Shown here one piece after another: positions 31,578-32,000 of a stretch of DNA of 32,000 nucleotides. The position numbers and the translations under genes are program-made. Position 1 is the stretch's first letter, and each line of letters starts with the position of its first letter. The notes beneath the pieces are model-generated. The model made no database searches, had not been told where the DNA came from, and was given only the letters and a program-made list of their open reading frames with translations. Source of the stretch: Wallemia ichthyophaga EXF-994 (taxonomy: Eukaryota > Fungi > Basidiomycota); NCBI RefSeq assembly GCF_000400465.1, contig NW_008806274.1, forward strand, positions 540,244-572,243, read 5' to 3'.

Positions 31578-31859
31578 TGACGTGAAGATCGTATTGATTG
31601 TGGCTCAAGCTGGTACATCACCCGGAATATCAAAAAAAAAATAAAAGTGGCAAAATTAAGCAACTGACAACCGTCACGTTATTGATCTTTTCCAGCGAGT
31701 GTTGTATTCTGTTCATGAATAGAGTGCTGTGACGTCATTCACGAGAATAACGTCAAACTTTGTCGTTGGCGCTATGTGAGCTTATAAAAGCGCAATAGAC
31801 GTTATATATGCTTGAAATTGTATAACATTCAAATTTTACAACAATGATTTCTAAGCAAC

Positions 31860-32000
31860 TCAATTAAGCGATCCTCTACAACCATCGACACCACAGAGAC
31901 ACGGAATCTTCTCATCCTCAATAGGGAAGTGGTAGTCATATGTGATCTCATCCCCTGGTGAAATCTCCTCCTTGGCATAGATGATTATCTTCTTCTCTCC
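31860..32000 (-). CDS. SET1: 3' end of a SET1-type H3K4 methyltransferase (SET C-terminus plus post-SET), 5'-partial
   Basis: The minus strand reads [46 protein letters not shown], containing EITYDY and the post-SET CxC....C motif. Confidence 0.88.
   Translation of the reverse strand, partial: GEKKIIIYAKEEISPGDEITYDYHFPIEDEKIPCLCGVDGCRGSLN

Noticed and set aside
134-31644. The many short antisense or overlapping track ORFs (for example 134..475, 2772..3191, 4603..5157, 6852..7829, 22195..22500)
   Set aside because: They are shadows of well-supported genes on the other strand or frame, with low-complexity or biased composition and no family motifs.
1-32000. Transposon, integrated virus, rRNA or CRISPR content
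   Set aside because: No transposase, RT or integrase motifs, terminal repeats or RNA-gene signatures were seen. Almost all sequence is accounted for by host genes.

Overview
This is a very compact, gene-dense eukaryotic (fungal) window with short GT-AG introns of about 40-66 nt. Gene content and architecture suggest a basidiomycete, plausibly Wallemia-like; that is an inference, not a database result. The six-frame ORF track fragments most genes, so I rebuilt exon structures by hand and checked reading-frame continuity. In order, the window holds: 5'-partial MRC1/claspin; a head-to-head choline oxidase (CodA-type GMC oxidase, C-terminus -AHL) and aldehyde dehydrogenase (C-terminus -PKL) pair; a small orphan membrane ORF; mitochondrial-type aspartyl-tRNA synthetase; a DUF2423/LLPH-like protein; a CLPTM1-family protein; CDC6; a DJ-1/Hsp31 protein; a U1A/U2B''-like RRM protein; a PX-associated/DUF3818 protein; a GPI-anchored secreted protein; SSU72; HBS1; a secreted TAP-like alpha/beta hydrolase; a class IV-type chitin synthase; NDUFB2 (missed by the ORF track); a rhodanese-PTP tyrosine phosphatase; and the 3' end of SET1. 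The best leads are three. (1) A candidate peroxisomal choline-to-glycine-betaine two-gene module whose start codons are at most 81 bp apart. (2) An HBS1 locus whose alternative 3' splice sites would give either the full Hbs1 GTPase or a truncated Ski7-like protein ending in an F-x-x-PSPDD-x-V motif. (3) Extreme gene packing (20, 24, 43 and 90 bp gaps) that implies overlapping or polycistronic transcripts. No tRNA, rRNA, CRISPR array or mobile element is supported.
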